Shown piece by piece: positions 1 through 9,209 of a stretch of 64,000 nt of DNA; the stretch's first letter is position 1; each line of letters starts with the position of its first letter. Both the position numbers and the translations under genes were made by a program. Below the pieces are notes generated by a model that saw only the letters and a program-made list of their open reading frames with translations, did no database searches and had not been told where the DNA came from. This DNA is from Candidatus Limnocylindrales bacterium (GTDB taxonomy: Bacteria; Chloroflexota; Limnocylindria; Limnocylindrales; CSP1-4). The stretch spans positions 83,844-147,843 of the forward strand of contig JBBRCU010000001.1 of the NCBI GenBank assembly GCA_038204565.1, given 5' to 3'.

Positions 1-969
1 GAACTTGTACGAGCCGACGACGGGCTTGCCGTTGGCGGTGACCGTGAAGGCGGCGCGGGTCGTCGCCTGGTCCATCGGCTCGCTGAACCGGACCGACAGC
101 GACGAGCTGCGGGCGACGTCCCTGGTCGAGCCGGCCGGGCGGAATCGGACGATGTGCGGGGCGTTCGCCGTACGGATGGACGTCGACGCGGTGCCTGCCG
201 CAGCAGCCCCGTCGGTGTCGAGCAGCGAGCCGAGGCTGATCCGGTAGGTGGTCGCCGCCTTCAGCGCGGTCGTCGGGGTGAAGGTGAAGCCAAGGGCGGT
301 CGAGGCTGCCACGCCGGGCCGGCTCGTGTCGGCGACGACCGTCCCGGCGACCGCCGGGCTGATCCGGAGAGCCGCTCTCACCTGGTCGACGTCGATGGCG
401 TGGTCGAAGGTGACGCGGATCTCGGTCGCGATCGACGCCCACGGGCCGGTCGCCTTGGTCGCGACAATCCGGCCCGTCGTGGCCGGCCGGGTCACGAACG
501 CAGCGCGGGCCGCGCCGGACATCGGGCGGCCGCCGGCCGCGAGGGTGCCCGCCTCGACGGTGATCGTGTAGTAGGTTCCGGCGGCCCAGCTGGCTCGCGG
601 TCGGACCCTCAGGATCGTTCCTGCATCGTTCCAGCTTGTCGCGACGCTGGTCTCCGGCTGGACTGTCAGGGATGCCGCGACGCTCCGGGCATCCATCGGT
701 TCACTGAAGGTGATGTCGACGGCCGCACTGAGGTCCGTCGCGGCCCCGATCGAGCGAAACGCCGAAGCGGCCAGCGCGGTGACCGGCGGCAAGGGCTGAC
801 TGGCGGTGGTCGCGACCGGCCGTGACAAGCCGAGCGCCGCGACGACGACAACGACTCCGACACTGGCCAACAGCGCGAGCCGGGCCGCAACGGAGCGGCG
901 GGCGAGCACCGGCAGATACAGGAACGCCAGAACGGGGACGGCCAGCGCCGCGGCGGCAAACTTTCGCAA
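1..969 (-). CDS. Membrane-anchored envelope protein with repeated bacterial Ig-like (SbsA/Big_5-type) domains; the 3' end runs off the window (partial)
   Basis: Absent from the ORF track because no stop codon lies inside the window. My own minus-strand translation from TTG 969 (GGAG at 979-982) gives (M)RKFAAAALAVPVLAFLYLPVLA, a hydrophobic anchor. Three units of the Ig-like pattern follow: DITFSEPMDARSV...GTYYTITV, IRVTFDHAIDVDQV...TTYRISL and LSVRFSEPMDQATT. The frame stays open to base 1 with G/C-rich third positions. Confidence 0.6.
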   Translation of the reverse strand, partial: MRKFAAAALAVPVLAFLYLPVLARRSVAARLALLASVGVVVVVAALGLSRPVATTASQPLPPVTALAASAFRSIGAATDLSAAVDITFSEPMDARSVAASLTVQPETSVATSWNDAGTILRVRPRASWAAGTYYTITVEAGTLAAGGRPMSGAARAAFVTRPATTGRIVATKATGPWASIATEIRVTFDHAIDVDQVRAALRISPAVAGTVVADTSRPGVAASTALGFTFTPTTALKAATTYRISLGSLLDTDGAAAAGTASTSIRTANAPHIVRFRPAGSTRDVARSSSLSVRFSEPMDQATTRAAFTVTANGKPVVGSYKF

Positions 970-1058
970 TATGACAGGCTCCTGCGGATGGTGATCGCTG
1001 GGGACGGGGCACCGTCTCGCGTCTGTCGGTCACGTCGGTCTCGTCCAACGGGCCGAGG

Positions 1059-2363
1059 TCACCGTAGCACGGGCCTTGCCGGTGCGGCAACCTGACCAGC
1101 CGACGCCGAGGCCGGCGACGCCCCAGCCAACCGGCCGGCCGCCCGATACCGACTATAGGTCGAGGTCGCCAGCCCACGCAGTTCGAGGAGGGTGATGGCG
1201 CCGAGGACCGTGGCGGGTTCGAACCCGGTGGCGCCAACGAGCTCGTCGAGGCTTCCCTGCCCCGCGACCAGGGCCGTCCCGACCGTCCGGGCGGTCGGAC
1301 CGAGCTCGATCAGGAGCGCCTCGAGACTGGGTGGCCGAGGCCGGCCGGCGCGGCGGCCCGGGCCTCCCGTCCTGCCTTCGGGATCCGCCAACTCAGTGAC
1401 GGCTGCGTGCTCGAGGAGGCCGAGGTCGGTGATGAGCTCAGGGATGCTCGCGATGATCCGGGCCTCGCCGGGAAATTCGCGCAGCCACTGGAGACAGCCG
1501 GATGCTCGCGGTTCGTCGATCGGTCCCGGCACCAGGAACAGGCCGCGACCCTGCTCGAGGGCCCACTTTGCCGTGATCAGGGCGCCGCTCGTCCGGGCTG
1601 CCTCGACGACGATGGTTGCGTCGGCGAGGCCACTGATCACCCGATTCCGCTGCGGGAACGTCTGCCTGGACGGCGGCTGCCCGGGCCACAGCTCGGAAAT
1701 CACCGCTCCGCCTGCCGCGACGATCTCGCTCGCCAGACGGCGATGGGCGCGCGGGTAGAGGTGGTCATGTCCGGACCCGAGGACCGCGACGGTCTCGCGT
1801 CGTTCCGCCGTGACGGAGGCGTGGGCCGCACCGTCGATACCAACCGCGAGCCCAGAGACGATCACGGCGCCGGCGGCGCTCAGGGCCGCTGCGATCCGAG
1901 CGGCAACGAGACGACCCTGCTCCGTGGGGCGGCGCGTCCCGACGATGGCGACGGCATCGGGCGCGGACAGCGCGGCCGTGGCGCCACGGACCAGGAGGAC
2001 CGGTGGCGGGAGCTCGATCGACCGGAGCCTGGCCGGGTAATCCGGGTCATCGAGAGTGAGGATTCCGAGCCCACTCCCACGGAGCAGGGCGAGTCGCTCG
2101 GCCAACTCTGCCGCGACGGCCACGATCTTCTCGCCGACCGATTCGCGGAACGCCGCCCGCCCGTCGGCCTCGGCCGCGATCCGAGCAAAGCGAGCAGCAG
2201 CTCCGCGGCGACCGGCGGCCGCAAGGATCGCCTGACCACTGCCGTACGCCGCGAGCAGGGCCCCGAACCCTGCCGGCCCGAGGCCATGGACAGACAGCAG
2301 GACGGCCCACGCCTCGTGCTCGCTTGGCGTGCCTGCGTCTGCCGGTTCAGCGTCGGGCGCCAT
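1059..2363 (-). CDS. dprA: DNA-processing protein DprA (Smf)
   Basis: 434-aa ORF with the DprA Rossmann core VLGSGHDHLYPRAHRRLASEIVAAGGAVISELWPG...QRNRVISGLADATIVVEAARTSGALITAKWALEQGRGLFLVPG. ATG 2363 lies 6 nt after the comM stop. Confidence 0.9.
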   Translation of the reverse strand: MAPDAEPADAGTPSEHEAWAVLLSVHGLGPAGFGALLAAYGSGQAILAAAGRRGAAARFARIAAEADGRAAFRESVGEKIVAVAAELAERLALLRGSGLGILTLDDPDYPARLRSIELPPPVLLVRGATAALSAPDAVAIVGTRRPTEQGRLVAARIAAALSAAGAVIVSGLAVGIDGAAHASVTAERRETVAVLGSGHDHLYPRAHRRLASEIVAAGGAVISELWPGQPPSRQTFPQRNRVISGLADATIVVEAARTSGALITAKWALEQGRGLFLVPGPIDEPRASGCLQWLREFPGEARIIASIPELITDLGLLEHAAVTELADPEGRTGGPGRRAGRPRPPSLEALLIELGPTARTVGTALVAGQGSLDELVGATGFEPATVLGAITLLELRGLATSTYSRYRAAGRLAGASPASASAGQVAAPARPVLR

Positions 2364-2369
2364 CGGGCC

Positions 2370-3944
2370 TCAGCTCGCCTCCCGGGTCTCGAGATGGGCG
2401 GCCGGCGACCGGAACCTGGCCGCCTCGTCGAGGTGGTCCGACCGGACCTCAACGACGCCAGCCAGATCCGCGATCGTCCGCGCCACCCGGAGGATGCGCT
2501 CGGTTCCGCGTCCCGAGAGTCCCTCCAGGTCGGCGACGGCGATCGCCCTGGCCATCGCCGCCGGACTCAGGGCGCAGGCCGCCCGGAGCGCCCGGCCGGT
2601 GAGCCGCCCATTGATCGGCCCGCCGCGCTGGGCCTGGAGCGACCGCGCAGCGGCGATCCGGCCGGCCACGACCAGCGACGACTCCGGGTCGCCGCCCGAG
2701 ATGAGGGCGGCCGGCGGGACCCGGGCCATGGTCACCCAGAGATCGATCCGGTCGCGCAGCGGTCCACTGATCCGCCGCGAATATCGTTCCGGCGCGCCGA
2801 CCGGGCATCGACAGCGGCCGCTCGGATCGCCGGCGTAGCCGCACGGGCAGGGATTCATCGCCGCGACGAGCAGGAACCGCGCCGGAAATCGGGTCGCCCG
2901 TCCGACTCGCGCAATCGAGACGTAGCCGTCCTCGAGCGGCTGCCGCAGGGACTCGAGCACGTCGCGCCCGAATTCCGGAAGCTCGTCGAGAAACAGACAA
3001 CCGTGGTCCGCGAGGGTGACCTCACCGGGCGACATCCGCGGGCCGCCCCCGACCATCGCTGCGTACGAGAGGGTGTGGTGAGGGCTGCGAACGGGCGCCA
3101 ACCTCCGGAGCTCACGGATCGGTCCCTCCCCCGCGACCGAGGCGACGATCGTGGCCGCCAGGGCCTGAACGTCGTCGAGCGGCGGCAGCAAACCCGGGAT
3201 CGTCCTGGCGAGGAGTGTTTTTCCGGATCCGGGAGGACCGGCCATGAGCAGGCCGTGCCCGCCGGCGAGCGCAATCTCGAGCGCCCGCCGAGCTTCGAGC
3301 TGGCCGCGAACCTCGGCCAGGTCCGGCCCGCCACCCACCTGGACGGTCGCTGGGCCCTCGAAGGGGCCACCCGCTGGGTCGGCGGCAGGCTGGGCGAGTT
3401 CCACCCGAGCCGGGGTCGCTCCGATCGTCCTCCGCCGGCGGCGGCGAACGGCGTCGGCGGCATCCCGAAGTGTCGCGACCCCGATGACGTCGATCCCGTC
3501 GACGAGCCGAGCCTCAGCGATCGAATCGGCCGGAACGATCACCCGCCCCACGCCACGACGGGCCAGGGCAGCCGTCATCGGCAGGATTCCCGGGACCCGG
3601 ACCACCTCGCCGCCAAGCGACAGCTCACCGATCAGCGCGACCCGTCCGGCCAGCGCGACCACCTGCTCGGAGCCGAGCAGGATCCCGAGCGCGATCGCCA
3701 GGTCGAGCGACGCCCCTGCCTTTCGCAGGTCCGCCGGAGCGAGGTTCACGGTGATCCGGCGCGGCGGATGGCTGAAGCCGGCATTCCGGATCGCGCCGCG
3801 GACCCGCTCCCGCGCCTCCTGAAGCGCCGCGTCGGCCAGCCCGACGATCGTGAAGCCGGGCAGACCCGGAGCGACGTCGACCTCGACCCGGATGAGCCGG
3901 CCGTCGAGCCCGACGAGGGTGGAGGACAGGAGGGTCGCGAGCAC
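2370..3944 (-). CDS. comM: Mg-chelatase-like AAA+ ATPase ComM/YifB
   Basis: 524-aa ORF. N-terminus is LLSSTLVGLDGRLIRVEVDVAPGLPGFTIVGLADAALQEARERVRGAI. Walker A is GPPGSGKTLLAR and Walker B region is GCLFLDELPEF. Starts at GTG 3944. Confidence 0.9.
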   Translation of the reverse strand: MLATLLSSTLVGLDGRLIRVEVDVAPGLPGFTIVGLADAALQEARERVRGAIRNAGFSHPPRRITVNLAPADLRKAGASLDLAIALGILLGSEQVVALAGRVALIGELSLGGEVVRVPGILPMTAALARRGVGRVIVPADSIAEARLVDGIDVIGVATLRDAADAVRRRRRRTIGATPARVELAQPAADPAGGPFEGPATVQVGGGPDLAEVRGQLEARRALEIALAGGHGLLMAGPPGSGKTLLARTIPGLLPPLDDVQALAATIVASVAGEGPIRELRRLAPVRSPHHTLSYAAMVGGGPRMSPGEVTLADHGCLFLDELPEFGRDVLESLRQPLEDGYVSIARVGRATRFPARFLLVAAMNPCPCGYAGDPSGRCRCPVGAPERYSRRISGPLRDRIDLWVTMARVPPAALISGGDPESSLVVAGRIAAARSLQAQRGGPINGRLTGRALRAACALSPAAMARAIAVADLEGLSGRGTERILRVARTIADLAGVVEVRSDHLDEAARFRSPAAHLETREAS

Positions 3945-4072
3945 GACCCGAACTTATCGGGCCGGTCTCACCGGGTGCTCAACGATCGATGCACCGTCGC
4001 TTACCTGGCGGTGCACGGCGCTTGATCCGGGCCTGCCCAGGACGCGCATTCCGGGAAGGCCCGGCGCCCGGC

Positions 4073-5248
4073 TTACCCGCGAAGGAGGGCCGGCGCCGGC
4101 GCCCCGGCCGCGACCGGGGCCTTGTCGACGACCCGGGCGAACTCGAGGAGCGAGCGGCCCAGCAGCGAATCGGCCTTCGTGAACATGAACGGCGCACCGG
4201 AATTCAGGGCGCTGATCGCGCCGCGGTATTCGTTGACGATCTGGTAATCAATGGTCCGCTTCAGGGCGCCCTCGGCGTTCTTCACGCTGATGCCCGTGAA
4301 GGCGTTCGAGCGGTTGAGGACCAGTTGGACCTTCTTCTGCTCGTAGCCCAGATGACCGATCGTCTCGAGGACGAGACGGACGTTCTTCAGACAGGACAGG
4401 TCGGCGGTCATGACGACGAACATCGTGTCGGCGGCTTCGAGGATCCCGAGGTTGATGTCGTCGAGGCGCTTGTCGATGTCGATCAGGACGTAGTCGTAGA
4501 GGCCGCGGAGCTGCTCGAGGATGATCGGCATGTGCTCCGGGGTCACGAGCTCGGCCGTCTCGGGCGACGGCGGCGCAAGGAGCAGGTCGACGCCTGAATC
4601 ATGCTTGACCATGACCTGGCGGATCAGGTCCTGGTCGATGGTCGGCGCGGTCACGATGTCGACGATCGACTTCCGGTCCAAGCCGAGGTCGAGGAAGACG
4701 CGGTGATCGCCGAACTGGAGGTTGCCGTCGACGAGGGCGACCTTGCGGCCGAGCTCGCGATGGAGGGCGATTGCGGCATTGATGGCGATCGTCGTCGTCC
4801 CGACCCCGCCCTTCGCGCCATAGAACGCCAGGACCCGCCCGAGCGGCGGCCGGCCGACGAGCGTCTCGTGTGGAGCAAACCGGGCGAGCAGGCTCTTGAT
4901 CCGAGCCATCAGCTCGGCCGGATGGAACGGCTTGATCAGGTAGTCGTCGGCGCCGGCGCGCAGTCCGCGGACCTTCTGTTCGACCTCACGTTCGGCCGTC
5001 AACATGATGATCGGGACGTGGCCGGTTGTGCCTTCCTCGGTCCGGATCTTCGTGGCGACCTGATAGCCGTCCAGCTTTGGCAGCATGACGTCGAGGAGAA
5101 TCAGGTCGGGCGCTTCCGCACCCCATAGGCGGAATCCTTCCGCGCCGTCCGAGGCGATGACGACCTCGTACCCCTCCTGCTTCAGCGTGTACTGGAGCAG
5201 GCGTTGGACATTCGGGTCGTCGTCGACGACGAGGATCTTGGCCGCCAT
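4073..5248 (-). CDS. Response-regulator receiver fused to a CpaE/TadZ-like ParA/MinD-family ATPase
   Basis: Start refined to ATG 5248 (AAGGAG 4 nt upstream; TGATG overlap with the hydrolase stop). The receiver is canonical (VVDDD, LLDVMLP, MLTA, LIKPF). The ATPase domain has Walker A GAKGGVGTTT, in which the second Lys is replaced by Thr, as I recall for CpaE/TadZ. Confidence 0.8.
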   Translation of the reverse strand: MAAKILVVDDDPNVQRLLQYTLKQEGYEVVIASDGAEGFRLWGAEAPDLILLDVMLPKLDGYQVATKIRTEEGTTGHVPIIMLTAEREVEQKVRGLRAGADDYLIKPFHPAELMARIKSLLARFAPHETLVGRPPLGRVLAFYGAKGGVGTTTIAINAAIALHRELGRKVALVDGNLQFGDHRVFLDLGLDRKSIVDIVTAPTIDQDLIRQVMVKHDSGVDLLLAPPSPETAELVTPEHMPIILEQLRGLYDYVLIDIDKRLDDINLGILEAADTMFVVMTADLSCLKNVRLVLETIGHLGYEQKKVQLVLNRSNAFTGISVKNAEGALKRTIDYQIVNEYRGAISALNSGAPFMFTKADSLLGRSLLEFARVVDKAPVAAGAPAPALLRG

Positions 5249-6264
5249 CAGTCTCCTTCCGGTCCCAGAGCGTCGGAATCCGTTGTCGGCTCCCCCGACG
5301 CGTGGATTATAGGCACCACCTCGCGCGCATCGAAGAACCCCGAACGGAGGAAGGCCGAGACCCGTTCGTCCCATTGCGCCGGGACCGTCCGGCGTGCTTG
5401 GCCGTGCTCGGCACCGGGCACCTCCCAGTGCTCCGCCGACGGCCCGGCGCGGCGCGCCAGCCGCCGTCCGTCCGCGGGCCGGACCGTCCGATCCGCTCCG
5501 CCGTGGATCAGGAGGAGCCGGACCGGCTCGACGAGGCCGACGATCCGGCCGGATTCGGTCGCTCGGAGGTCGCCCCCGACCCGTCGTCCGGCCTGGCTGA
5601 ACATCCTTCCGGCCAGCGCCCGCCGGACGATCCCCGGCAGCGGCAGGCCCATCCGGTTGGCGATCGGGATCCGAAGGTCCGGGGCCACTGACTCGGCGAC
5701 AACCGCGACGATCCGCGGCCGCGGCGTCGCGGCGACAGCGGCTGGCGCCGTCGGGTCGAGGTCGGCCTGCGCGAGCGTCCCGTCGCCGAGGACGACGACC
5801 GCCGCGATCGCGACGACACCGCCCATCGACGAGCCGACGAGGGCGACCCGCCGGATCCCGCGCTCGCCGAGCCAGGCCAGCGCGCCCGCCACGTCCTCGA
5901 CCTCGTGGAGACCGAACGTGGTCGGCGCATCGTCCGAGCCACCGTGACCGCGGAAATCCAGACCGAGCACGCCAGCCGTCCGCCGCAGCGTCGGCCCGAG
6001 CTCGACGAGGTCGGGCGCCACCGAGCCGGTCCAGCCGTGGAGCAGGAGAATCGCCTCGTACGGATCGGGCTGCCAGGGCGCGCCGGAGTCGCCGGCCACG
6101 GGCCCGATCTCGGCCGGCAGCCAGCGCGCCGCGAGCTTCAGGCCGTCCCGTGAGCGCAGCCGGATCACTTCACCGCCGAGGGCGTCGACGGCGTCCTTCA
6201 GCCCGCCCTCAGCGGGCCCGATTCGGGGTGCATCGAGGAGCTTCGACGTTGCCCGGCCGATCAC
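5248..6264 (-). CDS. Alpha/beta-fold hydrolase
   Basis: 338-aa ORF with ILLLHGWTGS, FRGHGGSD and the nucleophile elbow GSSMGG. GTG 6264 overlaps the SPFH stop (GTGA). Confidence 0.8.
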   Translation of the reverse strand: MIGRATSKLLDAPRIGPAEGGLKDAVDALGGEVIRLRSRDGLKLAARWLPAEIGPVAGDSGAPWQPDPYEAILLLHGWTGSVAPDLVELGPTLRRTAGVLGLDFRGHGGSDDAPTTFGLHEVEDVAGALAWLGERGIRRVALVGSSMGGVVAIAAVVVLGDGTLAQADLDPTAPAAVAATPRPRIVAVVAESVAPDLRIPIANRMGLPLPGIVRRALAGRMFSQAGRRVGGDLRATESGRIVGLVEPVRLLLIHGGADRTVRPADGRRLARRAGPSAEHWEVPGAEHGQARRTVPAQWDERVSAFLRSGFFDAREVVPIIHASGEPTTDSDALGPEGD

Positions 6265-7196
6265 CGGCTCGTGGCGCCGCCGTCTCCGGGCCCGCCGTCG
6301 GCGACCCGATCCGGTCCCGCCGACATCCCCTTCCCGACGTAACCGACGATCGGCTCGAGGAGGCGGGTGAACTCGGTCGGAATGACGAACTTCGTCGAGG
6401 GGCTGTTGCCGAGGGCCTTGAGGGCCTCGAGGTACTGGAGGGCCATCGTCTTCTCGTCGATGGCCGACGCGGCGCCATAGATCCGGGTCAACGCCTGGCT
6501 GAAGCCCTCGGCCCGGAGAATCGCCGCCTGGCGCTCGCCTTCGGCCTTGAGGATTTCGGACTGCTTCTGGCCCTCGGCGTTGTTGATGGCCGCCTGGCGA
6601 TTGCCCTCGGATTCGGTCACGACGGCGCGCCGCGTCCGCTCGGCGGTGAGCTGGCGGTTCATGGCGTCCTGGACGTCGCGCGGCGGGGTGATCTCACGGA
6701 TCTCGACGGTCGTGACCTTGCCGCCCCAGCGCTCGGTCTGCTCGTCGAGCTTGACCCGGAGCAGTTCGTTGATCTGGTCGCGCTTGGACAGGACCTCGTC
6801 GAGCGAGATGTCGCCGATGACCGCGCGGAGCGTGGTCGTTGCCACGCCCTGGAGAGCGCCGGCGAAGTTCTCGACGTTCACGACGCTCTTCAGCGGCTCG
6901 ACGATCCGCCAGTAGATCAGGAAGTCGACGCTGATCGGGGCGTTGTCCTTCGTGATCGTCGTCTGGCTCGGGACCTCGATGAACCGCTCCCGGACGTCGA
7001 CCTTGACCGGCCGGTCGATGATCGGGACAAGGAACCGAAGCCCAGGGTCGCGGACCATGTTCTCGTTCGTCTTGCCCAGGCGGAAGACGATCATCGTCTC
7101 GTACTGCTGGACGACCCGGACCGAGAGGTACAGGATCACCACGAGGACGACGCCGATGAAGGCGACGGCGACGAGGGCGACGATCGTGGGTTCCAC
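6261..7196 (-). CDS. SPFH/band-7 (stomatin-like) membrane protein
   Basis: Start refined to GTG 7196 (AAGGAG at 7203-7208). An N-terminal TM helix is followed by the band-7 core VVQQYETMIVFRLGK...DPGLRFLVPIIDRP and the repeat-rich helix AEGQKQSEILKAEGERQAAILRAEG. Confidence 0.88.
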   Translation of the reverse strand: MEPTIVALVAVAFIGVVLVVILYLSVRVVQQYETMIVFRLGKTNENMVRDPGLRFLVPIIDRPVKVDVRERFIEVPSQTTITKDNAPISVDFLIYWRIVEPLKSVVNVENFAGALQGVATTTLRAVIGDISLDEVLSKRDQINELLRVKLDEQTERWGGKVTTVEIREITPPRDVQDAMNRQLTAERTRRAVVTESEGNRQAAINNAEGQKQSEILKAEGERQAAILRAEGFSQALTRIYGAASAIDEKTMALQYLEALKALGNSPSTKFVIPTEFTRLLEPIVGYVGKGMSAGPDRVADGGPGDGGATSR

Positions 7197-7221
7197 GCGG
7201 GACTCCTTCAGGTGTGGGCGT

Positions 7222-8580
7222 TCAGCGTAGCCCGGACGACTGCGCTTCGACCAGGACGATGAGTCCCTCGCTCCCGACGACCTGGACCGGCGTGCCGCGC
7301 GGCAGGGACCGGTCGTCGGCGGTGCGGGCTGACCACTCCTCGCCGCTGGCATAGATCGATCCGACCGGCTCCAGCGGTCGCCGGACCTCACCGAGCGTGC
7401 CCGTCGCCGGCGCCGCCGGCTGGCTGTCGCGCGGGCCGATCATCCGCCGGGTCCGTAGCGCGGTCGTCGCGATGAGCACCCCGAACGCCGCGCCGGTCAC
7501 CACGACCACGATGAGGAGGGGCAGGGCGACCCGGACCGCCGGGCCGAACTGACCGGACTGGCTGTACAGGGCCGAGCCGCCGACCAGGAGCGAGACGGCC
7601 CCGCCGATCGTGAGCAGGCCATGGCTCGGGATCGCGGGCTCCAGGGCGAACAGGATCAGCCCGATCGCGACGAGGACGAGCCCAGCCACGTCGGTCGGCA
7701 GGTTGACGAACCCGACGGCCGACAGGGCGATCGCGACCAGCCCGAAGATCCCGGTCAGGAGGTTGGGGTTGTGGATCTCGAACAGGAGCGCAAGCGCACC
7801 GACGGCGAACAGGAGGAACGCAACGTTCGGGTCGACAAGGAGGCCGAGGATCCCGCCGAGCGGGTTGCTCGTGATCTCCTCGATCGGCGCGCCGCTGAGC
7901 CGGAGGACGACCTGGCCGCCGGCGATCGACACGGTCCGACCCTCGGCGGCGGCCACGACATCGCCGATCGTCGCCGCGATCCCGTCGACGGCGCCGAGCG
8001 AGACGGCCTCGGCGGCGGACGACGAGCGAGCGTCGGCCACGGTCGATGCCGCCCAGTCGACCGGCCGGTGGCGCGTCTCGGCAATCGAGCGGACCCAGGC
8101 GATCGCATCATTGCGGACCTTCTCGCCGAGGATGCCCGGAATGTCGTTACCAGAGCCGTCGATCGGCGAGGCCGCCCCGATCCGCGTCCCGGGCGCCATC
8201 CAGGCGAGGTTCGCCGCGAGGGTGATGAACGTCCCGGCGCTGGCCGCGTAGCCTCCGGCCGGAGCAACCCAGACGATCGTCGGGACCGTGGCGTCGAGCA
8301 TGGCGGTGACGATCCGCTGGGCGGCGTCGAGGCTGCCGCCAGGCGTATCGAGGCGGATCACGAGGGCTCCGGCATGCGCCGCCGCGGCGGCGTCGATGGC
8401 GTTCGCGATCGTGTCCGCCATCAGCGGATCGACCTCGCCGCTGGCGGTCACGACGACAACCGCGCCGGGGCTCGCGGCCCGGATCGCCGGCATCGACCCG
8501 AGGATGAGGCCGGAAAGGACGAGAAGTGCCGCCAGGACGGGTCGCCGGCGGATGTGATCGCGTCGTTGTCGGTGCCGCAT
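7222..8580 (-). CDS. NfeD-family membrane-bound ClpP-class serine protease
   Basis: Start refined to ATG 8580 (GGAGGTG at 8586-8592). ClpP-like domain LDTPGGSLDAAQRIV...GYAASAGTFI, a multi-TM middle segment, and a C-terminal NfeD OB domain VGSIYASGEEWSA. It sits directly upstream of the SPFH gene, the classic pairing. Confidence 0.88.
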   Translation of the reverse strand: MRHRQRRDHIRRRPVLAALLVLSGLILGSMPAIRAASPGAVVVVTASGEVDPLMADTIANAIDAAAAAHAGALVIRLDTPGGSLDAAQRIVTAMLDATVPTIVWVAPAGGYAASAGTFITLAANLAWMAPGTRIGAASPIDGSGNDIPGILGEKVRNDAIAWVRSIAETRHRPVDWAASTVADARSSSAAEAVSLGAVDGIAATIGDVVAAAEGRTVSIAGGQVVLRLSGAPIEEITSNPLGGILGLLVDPNVAFLLFAVGALALLFEIHNPNLLTGIFGLVAIALSAVGFVNLPTDVAGLVLVAIGLILFALEPAIPSHGLLTIGGAVSLLVGGSALYSQSGQFGPAVRVALPLLIVVVVTGAAFGVLIATTALRTRRMIGPRDSQPAAPATGTLGEVRRPLEPVGSIYASGEEWSARTADDRSLPRGTPVQVVGSEGLIVLVEAQSSGLR

Positions 8581-8597
8581 CGGGTCACCTCCGCTGA

Positions 8598-9209
8598 TCA
8601 TCGTAGCGCCGGACGCGCCTGAAGCCATTCGAAGGCGATCCGGCTCCACGTCTCGAGTCGATCACCGACTGCCCCGACGTCGGCCGATGCGACGAACGCG
8701 CCGGTCAGCTTGTTGGTCTCGCGAATGGCGACCGATCGGCCGGCGGCGTCACCCTCGAAGACCAGCCCCAGGTGGACCTCGCCGACCGGCGTCGTATCGT
8801 CATTCAACAGGCCGACGAACCGGAACTCGGGGACGAAGTCGACGACGAGCTCCTCGTGCCACTCGCGCCGGAGCGCCGGGCCGAGATCGCCGTCCAGGCC
8901 GCCGTCGGACGGGTTCACGTGGCCGCCGACGCCGATCGAATACCGGTCGTGGAGGCGCGCGTCGCTCCCGGCCCGCGTCCGGCGCATCAGGTACCAGGCG
9001 TCGCCGTCGCGGAGGACGGGGTACGGGATCACCTGCTTCCAGGCGGGATCGGCCTCCATGGCTGGACGCGGCAGGAAGGCACCGTCGCGCCGGATCAGGG
9101 CGGCCAGCTCGTCCACGCCGACCTCCCGGACGCCAAGCCATGGCCCGCCGCCGCCGATCTCGGCGATCACGGCGGCGGTCGGCACGACGAGCACGAGCTC
9201 GTCGCTCAT
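8598..9209 (-). CDS. Nudix-family hydrolase
   Basis: Start refined to ATG 9209 (ATGA overlap with the tyrA stop). Nudix-box-like GGHVNPSDGG...LRREWHEEL. Confidence 0.65.
   Translation of the reverse strand: MSDELVLVVPTAAVIAEIGGGGPWLGVREVGVDELAALIRRDGAFLPRPAMEADPAWKQVIPYPVLRDGDAWYLMRRTRAGSDARLHDRYSIGVGGHVNPSDGGLDGDLGPALRREWHEELVVDFVPEFRFVGLLNDDTTPVGEVHLGLVFEGDAAGRSVAIRETNKLTGAFVASADVGAVGDRLETWSRIAFEWLQARPALR

Noticed and set aside
1407-4025. 872-aa plus-strand ORF spanning the dprA/comM region
   Set aside because: It is antisense to two genes with clear family motifs. Its product is Arg/Gly/Pro/Asp-rich with no recognisable domain. Long stop-free antisense frames are expected in ~70% GC DNA.
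4073-5248. Annotating the CpaE/TadZ-like protein as a Flp/Tad pilus assembly component
   Set aside because: No cpaF/tadA ATPase, tadB/C, secretin, prepilin peptidase or pilin gene occurs anywhere in the 64-kb window. Only the domain architecture is supported.
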